Shown: positions 22,281-32,114 of the stretch, one piece after another
Layout of the letters: each line of letters starts with the position of its first letter
How positions within the stretch are numbered: the stretch's first letter is position 1
Source of the DNA: a virus
Reading direction: 5' to 3' (one strand)
IMG/VR virus record: IMGVR_UViG_3300037232_000040
DNA length: 64,000 bases
The notes under the pieces: generated by a model
Database searches by the model: none
Seen by the model: only the letters and a program-made list of their open reading frames with translations
Told to the model about the DNA's origin: nothing
Made by a program: the position numbers and the translations under genes

Positions 22281-24614
22281 CTATGCAAACCTCATGTGCC
22301 TAAAATCAGTTTTGATCTTGGCAACAAATCGCTCATACTGGTCATCCATAATTGCGTTAACGGACTTGGCATCCATGGCTGTAATGTTAGGTGAGAAATG
22401 CGTGTGTAGCTCGGAACTATTTTGCTGCCCACCGGTGGTTGTGAAGTTTGAAACTGAACTGGTTATCAGGTTGCTTATGTTCTTAGGCAGAACCATTTCC
22501 TGCTCATGCAATTTATGGAAGCCAGTGTTAGGCACCAGTCCACCCGCTTCAAATGCGCCAAATGCCATCACACCAGCAAAGGCTGCGGCTGCAGCAATAG
22601 CACCGGCTACCGGGCCGCCCCACGCGCTAGCCCAGCTGTAGGAATTACCAGCTGCAGTCTTAGCATCTACAAGTATCTGCTTGAGCCCAGCTAACTTTTG
22701 AGTTTCCAACATCTTTAGTATGTTGTTAGCCATACCTTCAAACATGGACTCGCCTAGCTTCAACATTCCTTGCGAGAACGTAGTTTGCCCAGTAAGAATA
22801 CCAACGAAGGCGCTGTTAAACTCAGACCTTTCCTTCGCCAGTGCATTAGCATCAAACTGCTCCATTTGAGTCATTATCTGTTGGTGTTTGGTGGCGTATT
22901 GCTGGTCTAGTTCTACCTTTTTATCGATAAGCGCTTGGTACTGCTCCTTATCCTGGCCATAAATGGTTTCAGCGTCGATAAGCTGCTGTGTTAGCAAAGC
23001 ATTTTCTGTATTATACCAGTTGTTCAGTGCAGCAAGGGAGTGCGCTGTCCACTGGTCTATACTCTCATCGTGGTGCTTAAGTGCGAAGTCATCACTTTTT
23101 ACTTGCTCAGCCAGCACCTGCGTAGCTATCTTTTCCTCAGTCTGCAGTATTTTCTGCTGTGCCGCGTTGTACGCAGTTACTTTCTTGAGTTGAGCCTTAG
23201 TCCACGCATCCTCATCTTTCTGATATGCGGCTTCCAACACAGTAAGCGAGTCTTCATTAATTTTGTCGTAATCTGCGGCAGCTTCCTTAACCAGCTTTAG
23301 CTTAGCTTCTTCGTACGTAGTTACAATGGCGTTGCTCCGTTCTTGGTGCGCGTAAGTCTCTGCCTCTTCCTGCCCATTAATACGTGCGAAGGTCGCGGCC
23401 TCACTAGCACCAGTCGCAGCTTGTCGTTGCGCAGCTTCACTAGCTTGCTCCTGAAGCGCCTTTATAATAATCTGGTGCTTCTGATCTTCCAAACTTAGCA
23501 GTGTGGCCAGTTCATCAGCAGCGGAACTCATATCTAAAGCATGTAGGCTCTTAGCGTAAGATTCTTGGTAAGCTATACGCGCCTCGTCAGCCTGCTTATG
23601 TGCCTCAGTTACGGCAGCCATTTCGGCGAGCTGATCATCAATGCCAGACTTAGCCTTGTCACCTTGTAACGCAGCTTCTTTAGCTGGGAACGCATATTTA
23701 ACCTTGTCCGAAAGTTGATCTAAAAGTTTACCGTACACTTCCAGCGACTTATTATTTTCTGCAATGCGCTCACTATTCTGGTGTATCTGAAACCCAGTCT
23801 TGCTCCATAAATCACTGATGTGAAAAGCAAGTTGTGCGTCCTCAGCTGTAACTTGCTCAATGGTAGCTTGTACTTCTTTAATCTTAGATATAGTGTTGGA
23901 TTTCTCTTGCTGCAATATCTTTTCTTCGGCTACTACACGTGCTGTACCGGTAAGTGCAGCAGCGCTAGCTTCTAGCTCAGAGTCCTTTAGCTCAGCATTC
24001 TTACTGATGATTTCAATATTGCGTTCTACAGCAGCAGCCTCAGACTTCTTTACCTCAGCAGTCCACCCAGCTAAGTAGTCAGTAGCGCTGGCAATGGCAC
24101 TGCCTATCTGATAAAACACGCTGAGCAATGCTACAGCACCTATGACAGGAAAAGCTGCCTGCAGTACTGGCCCTAGTCCCAGCGTGGTAGCCAGGAAAGC
24201 ACCGGCAGCCCGGGTGGTACCTGTAAGGTTGCCCTCCATAACATGCAGGCTGGTGCTGGCTGCTATGCGTGCCGATATACCGCGTGTGGTGGCTGCCGTG
24301 TTAGCATCTTCACTGGCAGTTTCGTCGTCTACAGCTACAGTCAGTTGGTTGTACGCAGCCTGTGCTTCGCGGGCTGCTACTGCGTACTGCGCAATAATGG
24401 CGGCAGCTTGCTGGTTGCCAGTTGCCGCAGCCGCGCCCAGCTGCAACTGCGCATCAGCAAGATTCTTTACCGCAGCGTCCACCACAGTGTACGCCTGAGC
24501 CATTTGGCCAGTAGTGACCTGAGTGGTGGCAGCTAGATCGGTAAGCCCAGCCTTAAGCTGCGAGCCATCAAACCTAGCTGTCATCACCAGAACGTTGTCA
24601 GTTGTTGCCGACAT
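22281..24614 (-). CDS. tape measure protein
   Basis: 777 aa, long alpha-helical Ala/Gln/Glu-rich sequence with a central hydrophobic segment. Follows the G/T chaperone pair. Confidence 0.8.
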   Translation of the reverse strand: MSATTDNVLVMTARFDGSQLKAGLTDLAATTQVTTGQMAQAYTVVDAAVKNLADAQLQLGAAAATGNQQAAAIIAQYAVAAREAQAAYNQLTVAVDDETASEDANTAATTRGISARIAASTSLHVMEGNLTGTTRAAGAFLATTLGLGPVLQAAFPVIGAVALLSVFYQIGSAIASATDYLAGWTAEVKKSEAAAVERNIEIISKNAELKDSELEASAAALTGTARVVAEEKILQQEKSNTISKIKEVQATIEQVTAEDAQLAFHISDLWSKTGFQIHQNSERIAENNKSLEVYGKLLDQLSDKVKYAFPAKEAALQGDKAKSGIDDQLAEMAAVTEAHKQADEARIAYQESYAKSLHALDMSSAADELATLLSLEDQKHQIIIKALQEQASEAAQRQAATGASEAATFARINGQEEAETYAHQERSNAIVTTYEEAKLKLVKEAAADYDKINEDSLTVLEAAYQKDEDAWTKAQLKKVTAYNAAQQKILQTEEKIATQVLAEQVKSDDFALKHHDESIDQWTAHSLAALNNWYNTENALLTQQLIDAETIYGQDKEQYQALIDKKVELDQQYATKHQQIMTQMEQFDANALAKERSEFNSAFVGILTGQTTFSQGMLKLGESMFEGMANNILKMLETQKLAGLKQILVDAKTAAGNSYSWASAWGGPVAGAIAAAAAFAGVMAFGAFEAGGLVPNTGFHKLHEQEMVLPKNISNLITSSVSNFTTTGGQQNSSELHTHFSPNITAMDAKSVNAIMDDQYERFVAKIKTDFRHMRFA

Positions 24615-25026
24615 TTTCTACCTTACCTTTGCGAGCATCCGCAATCAACTTAGCCATAGAATCCTGCACACCGGCGGGCAGTTTGCTCCAGCTTTGTGCA
24701 GGCATTTCGTCCATGTACTTCTTCTCTACTTTGGTTAGCTCAGTTGAGCGTTTAGTATTGCCTACTCGGATGCCAAAAGCCGCAGCTATGTTCTGCACTA
24801 GCAGGTGCACCGGCGGATGCACACACCAGTAGTCACTTTGTAGCGCAACGTAGCGCCAAGGCAGGTTGTCTATGTACTCAAGAGACCAACCAGTGGCCGT
24901 AACAATGCAGCAGCGCATATTCTCTATATCTTCTAGAGTTAAAGCTGCGGTGCTGCCGGTGCTTCCCCCGCCGCAGGCACACCTCCCACACCGGCTTCGG
25001 TCTTCACTACTGTCAGCTTGCTCCAA
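24598..25026 (-). CDS. tail assembly chaperone, -1 frame extension (gpT-like segment)
   Basis: Open frame is offset -1 relative to 24939..25292, overlaps its last 88 nt and runs into the tape measure start. Confidence 0.5.
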   Translation of the reverse strand: MEQADSSEDRSRCGRCACGGGSTGSTAALTLEDIENMRCCIVTATGWSLEYIDNLPWRYVALQSDYWCVHPPVHLLVQNIAAAFGIRVGNTKRSTELTKVEKKYMDEMPAQSWSKLPAGVQDSMAKLIADARKGKVENVGNN

Positions 25027-25292
25027 CTTAGTATTTCAGTTTGCAGAAAATCAAACGAAGTGGAGTCAATCTCATTTGCAATTCGTTCAGGTGTCCAGGG
25101 CTGTGCTTCACACATAAACTCAGCATTAGTAAACGAATTAATAACCAAGTTAATGGCCCGCGTCTTTAGTTCTCCAACAGTTTTGCCTTCGGGAGACCAA
25201 GCAACAATGGTCTCAACCTGCCTCATGGTCAGGGAACCAATAACAAACTCGGCTCCATCGATAGTTACTGCCTTCTTGCGCACAATAGACAT
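24939..25292 (-). CDS. tail assembly chaperone (gpG-like)
   Basis: 117 aa, placed between the major tail and tape measure genes. Confidence 0.6.
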   Translation of the reverse strand: MSIVRKKAVTIDGAEFVIGSLTMRQVETIVAWSPEGKTVGELKTRAINLVINSFTNAEFMCEAQPWTPERIANEIDSTSFDFLQTEILSWSKLTVVKTEAGVGGVPAAGEAPAAPQL

Positions 25293-25360
25293 TGCTTTTA
25301 GCTCCTCACTGGTGGATGCGGGTTACGGGGTGGCAGGCTGTGCACCTGCCACCCTAATTG

Positions 25361-26131
25361 TTAATTACCGGGGCTGATCTGGAACCACTCAAACCACTGG
25401 CCAGCGGAGTTAGGGTATGACTCGAACTCAAAGTCACTGATAACGTAGCCATCGCGCTTTAAAGGCGCTGACATCTTGCTAGATCGGCAGTTAAACAAGT
25501 GCAGGCCGTTTGCGCCTTGGTACGGCATGGCAAGGTACAACTCAAACACCGGGCCATAACCTTGCAGTTGATTGATGACCAGCATGGTTTCACCGTCGGT
25601 GCTGTCCGTATACGCGTAGAAGAACAACAACGCGGCACCAGCATCAGCTACGGCAAATGTGTACACACCCTTACCAGCACCTGCCTCTACTACGCTGTAC
25701 TTACCGGCTGCCTCAGCACCAGCTAACACCTGCTGCAACTGCTGCCCTGTGGCTGCATACCTAACACCCAGGTCATTAATAAACGTGGTGTGGTTAGAAA
25801 CCGACACTGTGTAAGGACTAATGGCAGGCACTGTATTAGCTTCGCCGGGGTAAGGCACCAATTTCTTAATGCCAGGGGTAATGGTGCTGCCGAACATCAG
25901 GCTGTTGTAAATCTCTACTTCAATGCGACCAAATGCGGCTTTACCTTTGATATCCATGTCGCCGGGTGCAATGTCATCCGGGCCTTTAAGCTGGCCGCGC
26001 AACGACACCAATTTCTGTGAAAAGTCAACACTAGCGTCTTGAATGGTGCCGAAAATTTGCGGCCCTGAAGGAGTACCCAGATTACCACCGGTAGGCCGCG
26101 CGTACATACCACCAATCCCAAACTGAAACAT
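25361..26131 (-). CDS. major tail protein
   Basis: Called from position and size (256 aa), upstream of the chaperones. No motif recognised. Confidence 0.6.
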   Translation of the reverse strand: MFQFGIGGMYARPTGGNLGTPSGPQIFGTIQDASVDFSQKLVSLRGQLKGPDDIAPGDMDIKGKAAFGRIEVEIYNSLMFGSTITPGIKKLVPYPGEANTVPAISPYTVSVSNHTTFINDLGVRYAATGQQLQQVLAGAEAAGKYSVVEAGAGKGVYTFAVADAGAALLFFYAYTDSTDGETMLVINQLQGYGPVFELYLAMPYQGANGLHLFNCRSSKMSAPLKRDGYVISDFEFESYPNSAGQWFEWFQISPGN

Positions 26132-26183
26132 TGTTTAATTCTCCTTGTGGTGTGCGGCCTTGGCCGCAGAGTTTACCTGCAGG

Positions 26184-26630
26184 CTACATTCCAATCAGTA
26201 CTACGATGGGAATCTCAATCTTGCCTTGCTGGTCAAGCAACCCTTCGTCCCTATCTATGCGGCCTTGTATCATAGCCTGTGTTACAAGGTTGCCTAGAGT
26301 TTGGTTCTCGCCTAGCCTTGGCCCTTGCATAGCTTTGTCAACCATGTCCATAATGTCGTCAAGGTAGTACCCAAAACTATCACCGGGTGCGGCTGGCGTG
26401 GCGTCCCTACGTGCGTAAACCAACGCACTATAGTAGAGTGTGTACTTTATAGCCCCGTATGCTTGCGACTGTTCCCCGGTTTGCACTGGTTGGTATAGCC
26501 CGAAGTAGGGCTGTTCCAAGGCCGTGACTTTAGACCACAGTCGTGCCGTTGGCTCAGCCTTAGCCCATGTGTACGCCCCGGCCAGTAAATTAAATAGTGC
26601 TGTAGAAACTTGTCTGCGAGTAACTTGCAT
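26184..26630 (-). CDS. tail terminator / head-tail joining protein (by position)
   Basis: 148 aa, between the neck genes and the major tail gene. Confidence 0.45.
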   Translation of the reverse strand: MQVTRRQVSTALFNLLAGAYTWAKAEPTARLWSKVTALEQPYFGLYQPVQTGEQSQAYGAIKYTLYYSALVYARRDATPAAPGDSFGYYLDDIMDMVDKAMQGPRLGENQTLGNLVTQAMIQGRIDRDEGLLDQQGKIEIPIVVLIGM

Positions 26631-26636
26631 AGTGGC

Positions 26637-27197
26637 CTACCCTTGCACACCATACGCTTCCAAAATTGCAGCAGCGTAGGCGGTTTGTAGATTTTCTAGT
26701 ATGTTGGCGCTCTGTTCATCTAGGCCAGCACGCATAAAGCTGCGCTGTGGGTAAGTAGCGGGGTGCGCGTGCACCACAATGTCAGTACGCACGAAGTTTA
26801 TCTGCCTACGCTGGCTAGTAAGGCCACCCTTAGTAAGCAGCCGCACCACGCCACCGCTAGCACTGCGTGCGGAGCGCCGCGTATACTCCGGTATCTGGAA
26901 TGTTCCACCTTCTTCGTGCACAATACCGTAAGGTGCTAAGCCGCCACCACCGTTCACTGAGCCTTCAACAGTAGTATCGTCTACAATGGTAGCTGGTACA
27001 TAGTTAACCGATGACTGCAGCCTGCCACTGCGGTGCTGCAGCGGATTGCCCTCCAACTTGTTGGCCCGTATATACCCCTCTAGGCTTATCATCTGCGCGT
27101 CCATGGCGTTTACCATGGCATCCAGCACAGGGGAAATTAAACTGCCCAGCCGAGCTACAATGCGCTGGTCGCCACCACCAAAGTCAGCGGATATCAT
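26637..27197 (-). CDS. HK97 gp10-like neck / tail-completion protein
   Basis: PLQHRSGRLQSSVNYVP resembles the gp10-family tG.L..Si motif. Position is consistent. Confidence 0.5.
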   Translation of the reverse strand: MISADFGGGDQRIVARLGSLISPVLDAMVNAMDAQMISLEGYIRANKLEGNPLQHRSGRLQSSVNYVPATIVDDTTVEGSVNGGGGLAPYGIVHEEGGTFQIPEYTRRSARSASGGVVRLLTKGGLTSQRRQINFVRTDIVVHAHPATYPQRSFMRAGLDEQSANILENLQTAYAAAILEAYGVQG

Positions 27198-28123
27198 AGG
27201 ACTATGGCCTCGCGCCTATAGTCGCACAGCGTGCCTAGTGCTTCCACAGGTACCTCTAAGTCACTGTAGCTAGTAGTGCCACCACCAGGCCCACTAAGTG
27301 ACTCGCTCTTTAAGCCAAGTCTGTCGTGCTTTTTATAGTTGTAGGCCACAGTAGTTAGCGCGGCCCAGCGCAAGTCCTCTGGGCACCCTATGTCGGTGCC
27401 GTAGCTTATCTGTACTTGCGCGTTAGCGTCTGCGGCATTGAATAGGTAATCACCACCACCCTGCACAAAGTACTGCCCAGGAGCCGGTGACACCTGCACT
27501 TGCTGCAATGGTGCACCGCCTACAAAGTACTGCACACCTAGATCGACTATCCAAGGTTCGTCCACCTGCACAACGTAGGGGCCACTGGCCGGTACCTGCT
27601 GCAATTCGTTGTCTACCTGCTGCATAGGAAAACCAGCTGTGTATTGAACAACAACATTTTGCCTACCACGCAGGAATCTAGGCCAGCTATTACCACGAAT
27701 AAGATAGTACTGCGAAGTATAACCACGACTACTAGTACCGCCCATAAGCACAATGCGCTTGCCGTCATCGCTTACCTGGTAACCATAACTACCAAAGCCA
27801 ATACTCAGCGGCACCTGCACGTTGTTAATTACTAAGCTCTGTACCGACTGTATGGGGAACATACGCGTATAGAGTTCCTGCGCATCATTGCCATCACGAA
27901 CTTCTGTCACAGATACGGGCTGCACAAACGGCGATTGCAGTGTGCTCTGCCATGCTCCGGAGTAGTTACCAGTGCGCCGTAGAAACATGCGCGAAATGCC
28001 AGTTATAATGCGTTGGATATTATCGTCGTCGCTGGTAGCGCTGGTGTTAACAGTTCCATCACTTGACAGGTAGCTCTTAGCACTGGCAAGAGTAACCAAA
28101 TCAACCGGGCTGGGGCTTAGCAT
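27194..28123 (-). CDS. head-tail connector (gp6-like N-terminal domain) with long C-terminal extension
   Basis: LVTLASAKSYLSS....SDDDNIQRIITGISRMFLRRTG follows the gp6-like connector pattern. Confidence 0.55.
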   Translation of the reverse strand: MLSPSPVDLVTLASAKSYLSSDGTVNTSATSDDDNIQRIITGISRMFLRRTGNYSGAWQSTLQSPFVQPVSVTEVRDGNDAQELYTRMFPIQSVQSLVINNVQVPLSIGFGSYGYQVSDDGKRIVLMGGTSSRGYTSQYYLIRGNSWPRFLRGRQNVVVQYTAGFPMQQVDNELQQVPASGPYVVQVDEPWIVDLGVQYFVGGAPLQQVQVSPAPGQYFVQGGGDYLFNAADANAQVQISYGTDIGCPEDLRWAALTTVAYNYKKHDRLGLKSESLSGPGGGTTSYSDLEVPVEALGTLCDYRREAIVL

Positions 28124-28128
28124 TGCAG

Positions 28129-28335
28129 CTACTCCTTAACAAACAGCGCGTACACTTGCGGTTCAATTACACCGGGGCGCAGCAATAGTTCAAAACTATG
28201 CAGTCGCAGTGCGCCCTTATTTGCTAAGTTGCACCCGTCAATAAACTCATCAAAACTGTTAAAACGTTCTCCGTGATACGTTGGGGCAACTAAATCAGCA
28301 GGTGCTTTATCGTTCCTACCTTGTAATCTTGGCAC
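28129..28335 (-). CDS. hypothetical protein (68 aa)
   Basis: GTG start 17 nt after the capsid terminator hairpin. Confidence 0.4.
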   Translation of the reverse strand: MPRLQGRNDKAPADLVAPTYHGERFNSFDEFIDGCNLANKGALRLHSFELLLRPGVIEPQVYALFVKE

Positions 28336-28351
28336 CAGTACTCCTAACTAC

Positions 28352-28385
28352 TAAAAGCAAGGCAGGCCGCTAAGCCTGCCTTGCT
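28352..28385 (-). terminator. intrinsic terminator/attenuator after the capsid gene
   Basis: Perfect 12-bp stem agcaaggcaggc / gcctgccttgct with a 6-nt loop, followed on the minus strand by UUUU. Confidence 0.65.
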
Positions 28386-28431
28386 CCAGTCTGTAACCAA
28401 CTGGCTAGCTCTGCCTTACCTAATCAGTTGA

Positions 28432-30102
28432 TTAAGGGGCCACGAACGGACCAACACCAGTACGAATACCGGACACCCACGGCATGTAGTGCGCCAGAAC
28501 TTCGTGCACATACGTACCATAAGTCCAGCTACGGGTGGTGATGGGCCACTCAAGGCTGTAGTAGTCGCGCTGCGCCAAGAACTCGCGCACCGCAGGAATA
28601 CGGCTGTGTGGGTACGGATTGTTGGCCAGATCGTAGTAGATAGTACCCAGCGGAATCATCGGGTGCATGCGGATAGGAATAGCCGCGCCACCGGTCGGAT
28701 TCATGCTGTACTTAGACTTATAGCTGTCCACAAAGTAGCCACCCATCATGCTACCCTGCGAAGCCTTGTCGTACATAAAGATATACGAGTTGGTTCCAGT
28801 GGCGCTGTACGCAATGCACTGGTCAAGTGCCAGCCGCGTATCCACCGCGCTCCAGATAGTGTCCGGCTGAACCTGGAAGTTCTGCCAGAAATATTGCAGG
28901 TCGCTTTCTACTTCCTTAACCAACCCATTGCCCTGCGGCGTCAACGTGCCACCAGCCATATCCACCCAGCGGCCAAACCGCATAGCGTAAGTAAGCAGGC
29001 CGTCGAAGTCAGTAGGCGCAAAGCTGTTATCAGAACTCAGCCCGGCAAAGTTACCAGCCTGCGTGCCCTGCCCAGCCGTAGTGGTAAGGGTAAGATTGCA
29101 GGTGTTGGTAATCGCAGTGATAAACGAGTTAGCCAGCGTAGGTGCGTTATTGAAGCTGACATACCACGCGTAAGCGAACGCTCCCTGCACAGCGCCACCC
29201 GGAATGGTAGCTGTAAAACTGTTACTACCGCCACCCGTAGTTACGCTGTTGGACAGCGCACTAATGTGGCTAACACCACCGGCCTGCGTACGTACACTAC
29301 CGTCAGCGCCGTTCACAGTGTAGGTGGTGGTTAGACCACTAGTAACCGTAGGCGGAGGCACGTAGCCACCCTGCCCACCGGGGTTAAGCCCCATGCCGCT
29401 AATGGCCACCACGGCCACAGTACACACGGTAGCGTTGGCAATGCTGCCGCCCACAGCCAAGGTGGCCACCGGGGCGGTAGGTGTACCCAGCGCAAAGCCT
29501 TGATTGCCTGCGCCAGTGCCGCTGTTGCCCAGCAACGTCATCATTTCTTCACCCAAGCGCAAACGCGCAAGGTTGCGGAAATGCTCGTCACCAAGGTTGT
29601 CGGTGTAGCCTTCACCGGCGAACTGCGAAGTGAAGGTGTTGCCGCCTTCCATTCCCAGTTCCTTGTAGGTTGCAAAGTAATCAATTTCGTTCGGGGTGGC
29701 CGTAGGGCCGCGCTGGCCTTCAAGCACGCCGACGTAAACGTTAGTGCTGTTCGGGTTGCGCGTGGCTTTCCAGTTTGCCGCCGTGCCTACTCCAGCGTTA
29801 ACCTTGCCCTTCTTTCCAATCATTTGTATAAAGGGCGTGTTAATGGGGAACAGGAAGTATGCAGGGCCGCGCAAATCGTAAAAGTTAAACCCGGTGCCGG
29901 TGCTAATACCAGCTTTGATAAGGGCGCGTGAAGCGGCCTTGATAAGTGGATGGTCAACACGCCACTCCGTAGGGCTCAGGGCGCGGGCTTTGCGGCACGT
30001 ATCAGCAATGCTAGCGTTAGCCAGTGCCTTGCTGATGCCTGCGCGTGCTTCTAGCACCGCACCAACGTACATATTCTGCGGAACTTTTGTAGTTACGCTC
30101 AT
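28432..30102 (-). CDS. major capsid protein (large, probably with an inserted domain)
   Basis: Directly follows the protease/scaffold gene and is followed by a strong terminator. 556 aa with a Gly/Thr-rich central segment. Family not recognised by eye. Confidence 0.65.
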   Translation of the reverse strand: MSVTTKVPQNMYVGAVLEARAGISKALANASIADTCRKARALSPTEWRVDHPLIKAASRALIKAGISTGTGFNFYDLRGPAYFLFPINTPFIQMIGKKGKVNAGVGTAANWKATRNPNSTNVYVGVLEGQRGPTATPNEIDYFATYKELGMEGGNTFTSQFAGEGYTDNLGDEHFRNLARLRLGEEMMTLLGNSGTGAGNQGFALGTPTAPVATLAVGGSIANATVCTVAVVAISGMGLNPGGQGGYVPPPTVTSGLTTTYTVNGADGSVRTQAGGVSHISALSNSVTTGGGSNSFTATIPGGAVQGAFAYAWYVSFNNAPTLANSFITAITNTCNLTLTTTAGQGTQAGNFAGLSSDNSFAPTDFDGLLTYAMRFGRWVDMAGGTLTPQGNGLVKEVESDLQYFWQNFQVQPDTIWSAVDTRLALDQCIAYSATGTNSYIFMYDKASQGSMMGGYFVDSYKSKYSMNPTGGAAIPIRMHPMIPLGTIYYDLANNPYPHSRIPAVREFLAQRDYYSLEWPITTRSWTYGTYVHEVLAHYMPWVSGIRTGVGPFVAP

Positions 30103-30209
30103 AGTGTTTATGCTATCTCCTAAAGAATTTTGAACTGAACTACCTTGTGGGCCATTACCAAGGCAGATTGGCAGACCCTACTTTGAAACAACTGCAAAGT
30201 TCTGCAGGG

Positions 30210-32114
30210 TTAGTCGTCGGTGTGGACGGTTTCAGTAAAGTCCTGCAAATCCAGCGGTACTTCGGTAGTGTTGTCGGTAGTTCCTGCCCGTTGGATAAGC
30301 TGCGGCTGCTTAATACCAGTTACTCGCACATCGGTCGGCTTAACCACTCCACCCATAGTGGTCTTAAACTGCTCAAGTAGAGCAGCCTTGGCCATAGTTT
30401 TGAACTCTCCAGTGTTCATAAACTCGGCACCAATGGCAGCCATGGCATTCTTGATTAGAATACTCATGTCCGTGACACCATTTGCAGCTACCACAGTAGC
30501 CGCAGGAGCGGCAGGCACGGCAGCCTTGGTTACGCTCTCAGCTGCAGCAGTCTGTGCAGCTTGATCGCCACCGGCAGCCTTAACAGCTGCCGCAGCGGCA
30601 TTGGCCATGGCCTTAACCACGGCGGCGTCAATGGCCACAACAGCCGGAGCAGCAACGGTAGTATCCGATGTAGCTTTGTCAGTATTGGCCGGAGCGGCCT
30701 TCTCATTACCTTCCTCAGCATCGCCCACAGCGCCCATAGCATCAGCAATCTTGCCGTGTTCCTTGGACGCTTTCTCACTGTGCGCTGCCATGGCCTTGTG
30801 GAAACTCTTCGTGACCTTGCAGTGCTCGTGGCCCGGCTCAGTAGCTTTGCAGGCCTCCAGGGCCTTAGCCATTGCACCGTGTTCTTCAGCTTGGTCGGCG
30901 TGGACAGCGGCCAACTTCTCGTGTGCCACAGCAGTCTTCTTAAAATGACCCTTCGCTGCCTTGACTACATTGTTTGCAGTGGTTGCCATGTAGATTGCTC
31001 CTCCTCCTCCTGCCTCAGCATTGGCAGCGAGTTCTTCGGTTTCTTCCACGACCTGATCGCGGAAAGTTTCAATTATGTTTTTGAGGTCTTCAAGCAACGC
31101 TTCCGGTAAATCAGAACCGTCATCTTCAAGCTCAGCCTCGTACTTAGCAGAAATCACAAGATAGGCCAGGTCCTGTATAAGCGCTGCCAACTGCTGGACA
31201 GCATACATTCCCTTTTCCACCTTCCACTCTGCCAGCTTAGCTTTCAAAGCCTTTGGCACTGCACGTTCCAGTGCCAGCGAAACTTTGTCAGCGTTTCCAA
31301 CAACTACAGCAGTTGACACAGCTGCGGCTCCCTTCTCACTAGAAACCTGTATGTCATGCGCTTTAGCGGCACGCACAATTTTTTCCCATACCTTGTCCTT
31401 TTCGGACTCAGGTATATCACCAGTAAGGCTGAACATAGCTATAGCCAGCCGTATGTGCTTCTTGGTTTTTTCCTCACTAGAAAACTTTATAGGCAGGTGC
31501 CACGTATCAACCTTATCAGGGTCGCCTACGTAGGCAAAAGCACTGGGCGGCAATGCTTCGCCATCTACTTCCTTTGTTTTTCCAGCCTTGCCTATAAGCG
31601 GCACGTCGTACACACTGCGCAGTTTCACCAGTTCCACGGCACCGTTGGCGCGCACCATGGTGTAGTGGGCTACGCCTAAGCAAGGGTTGTCAACCAGACT
31701 TACTTCGCTAGGTGAAACAATGTAGCGCTGGCAATTCTTAAAATCAGGGTCGGCCCACATCTTGCCGACCACCGTGCCGCCGTGGCTAAAACCGGTGTAC
31801 ACGTCTTCCAACACCTTTTGCCACTCATCTTTGTCAACTACCTTGAACCCCATGTGTATTTCTTTGTCTGAGTCACGGAAGTCAACGTTGATGCACTTAC
31901 CAGCTGCCTTAAGTTGGTGCATGGCCCGCAAGGGAAACATATTGGCCCCGTTAGTGGCCTTAGTAAACTCATCTATCACGGCCTGGTAGTACGGCTTACT
32001 ACCTTCGTAGTCACAAACCTCGTTTTCCTTATCAGGTACTTCGGCAGTAACTAAACCCCATACTTCCTGCTGCGCTTCCAGCACTTTGCTGAAAGGTACA
32101 AAAATTGTTTTCAC
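30210..32114 (-). CDS. XkdF-like prohead protease domain fused to an Ala/Lys/Glu-rich scaffold region
   Basis: N-terminal VWGLVTAEVPDKENEVCDY...MHQ...GFKVVDKDEWQKVLEDVYTGFSHGG resembles the PBSX XkdF / S78-like domain. The C-terminal ~330 aa are low-complexity and helical. Confidence 0.65.
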   Translation of the reverse strand: MKTIFVPFSKVLEAQQEVWGLVTAEVPDKENEVCDYEGSKPYYQAVIDEFTKATNGANMFPLRAMHQLKAAGKCINVDFRDSDKEIHMGFKVVDKDEWQKVLEDVYTGFSHGGTVVGKMWADPDFKNCQRYIVSPSEVSLVDNPCLGVAHYTMVRANGAVELVKLRSVYDVPLIGKAGKTKEVDGEALPPSAFAYVGDPDKVDTWHLPIKFSSEEKTKKHIRLAIAMFSLTGDIPESEKDKVWEKIVRAAKAHDIQVSSEKGAAAVSTAVVVGNADKVSLALERAVPKALKAKLAEWKVEKGMYAVQQLAALIQDLAYLVISAKYEAELEDDGSDLPEALLEDLKNIIETFRDQVVEETEELAANAEAGGGGAIYMATTANNVVKAAKGHFKKTAVAHEKLAAVHADQAEEHGAMAKALEACKATEPGHEHCKVTKSFHKAMAAHSEKASKEHGKIADAMGAVGDAEEGNEKAAPANTDKATSDTTVAAPAVVAIDAAVVKAMANAAAAAVKAAGGDQAAQTAAAESVTKAAVPAAPAATVVAANGVTDMSILIKNAMAAIGAEFMNTGEFKTMAKAALLEQFKTTMGGVVKPTDVRVTGIKQPQLIQRAGTTDNTTEVPLDLQDFTETVHTDD

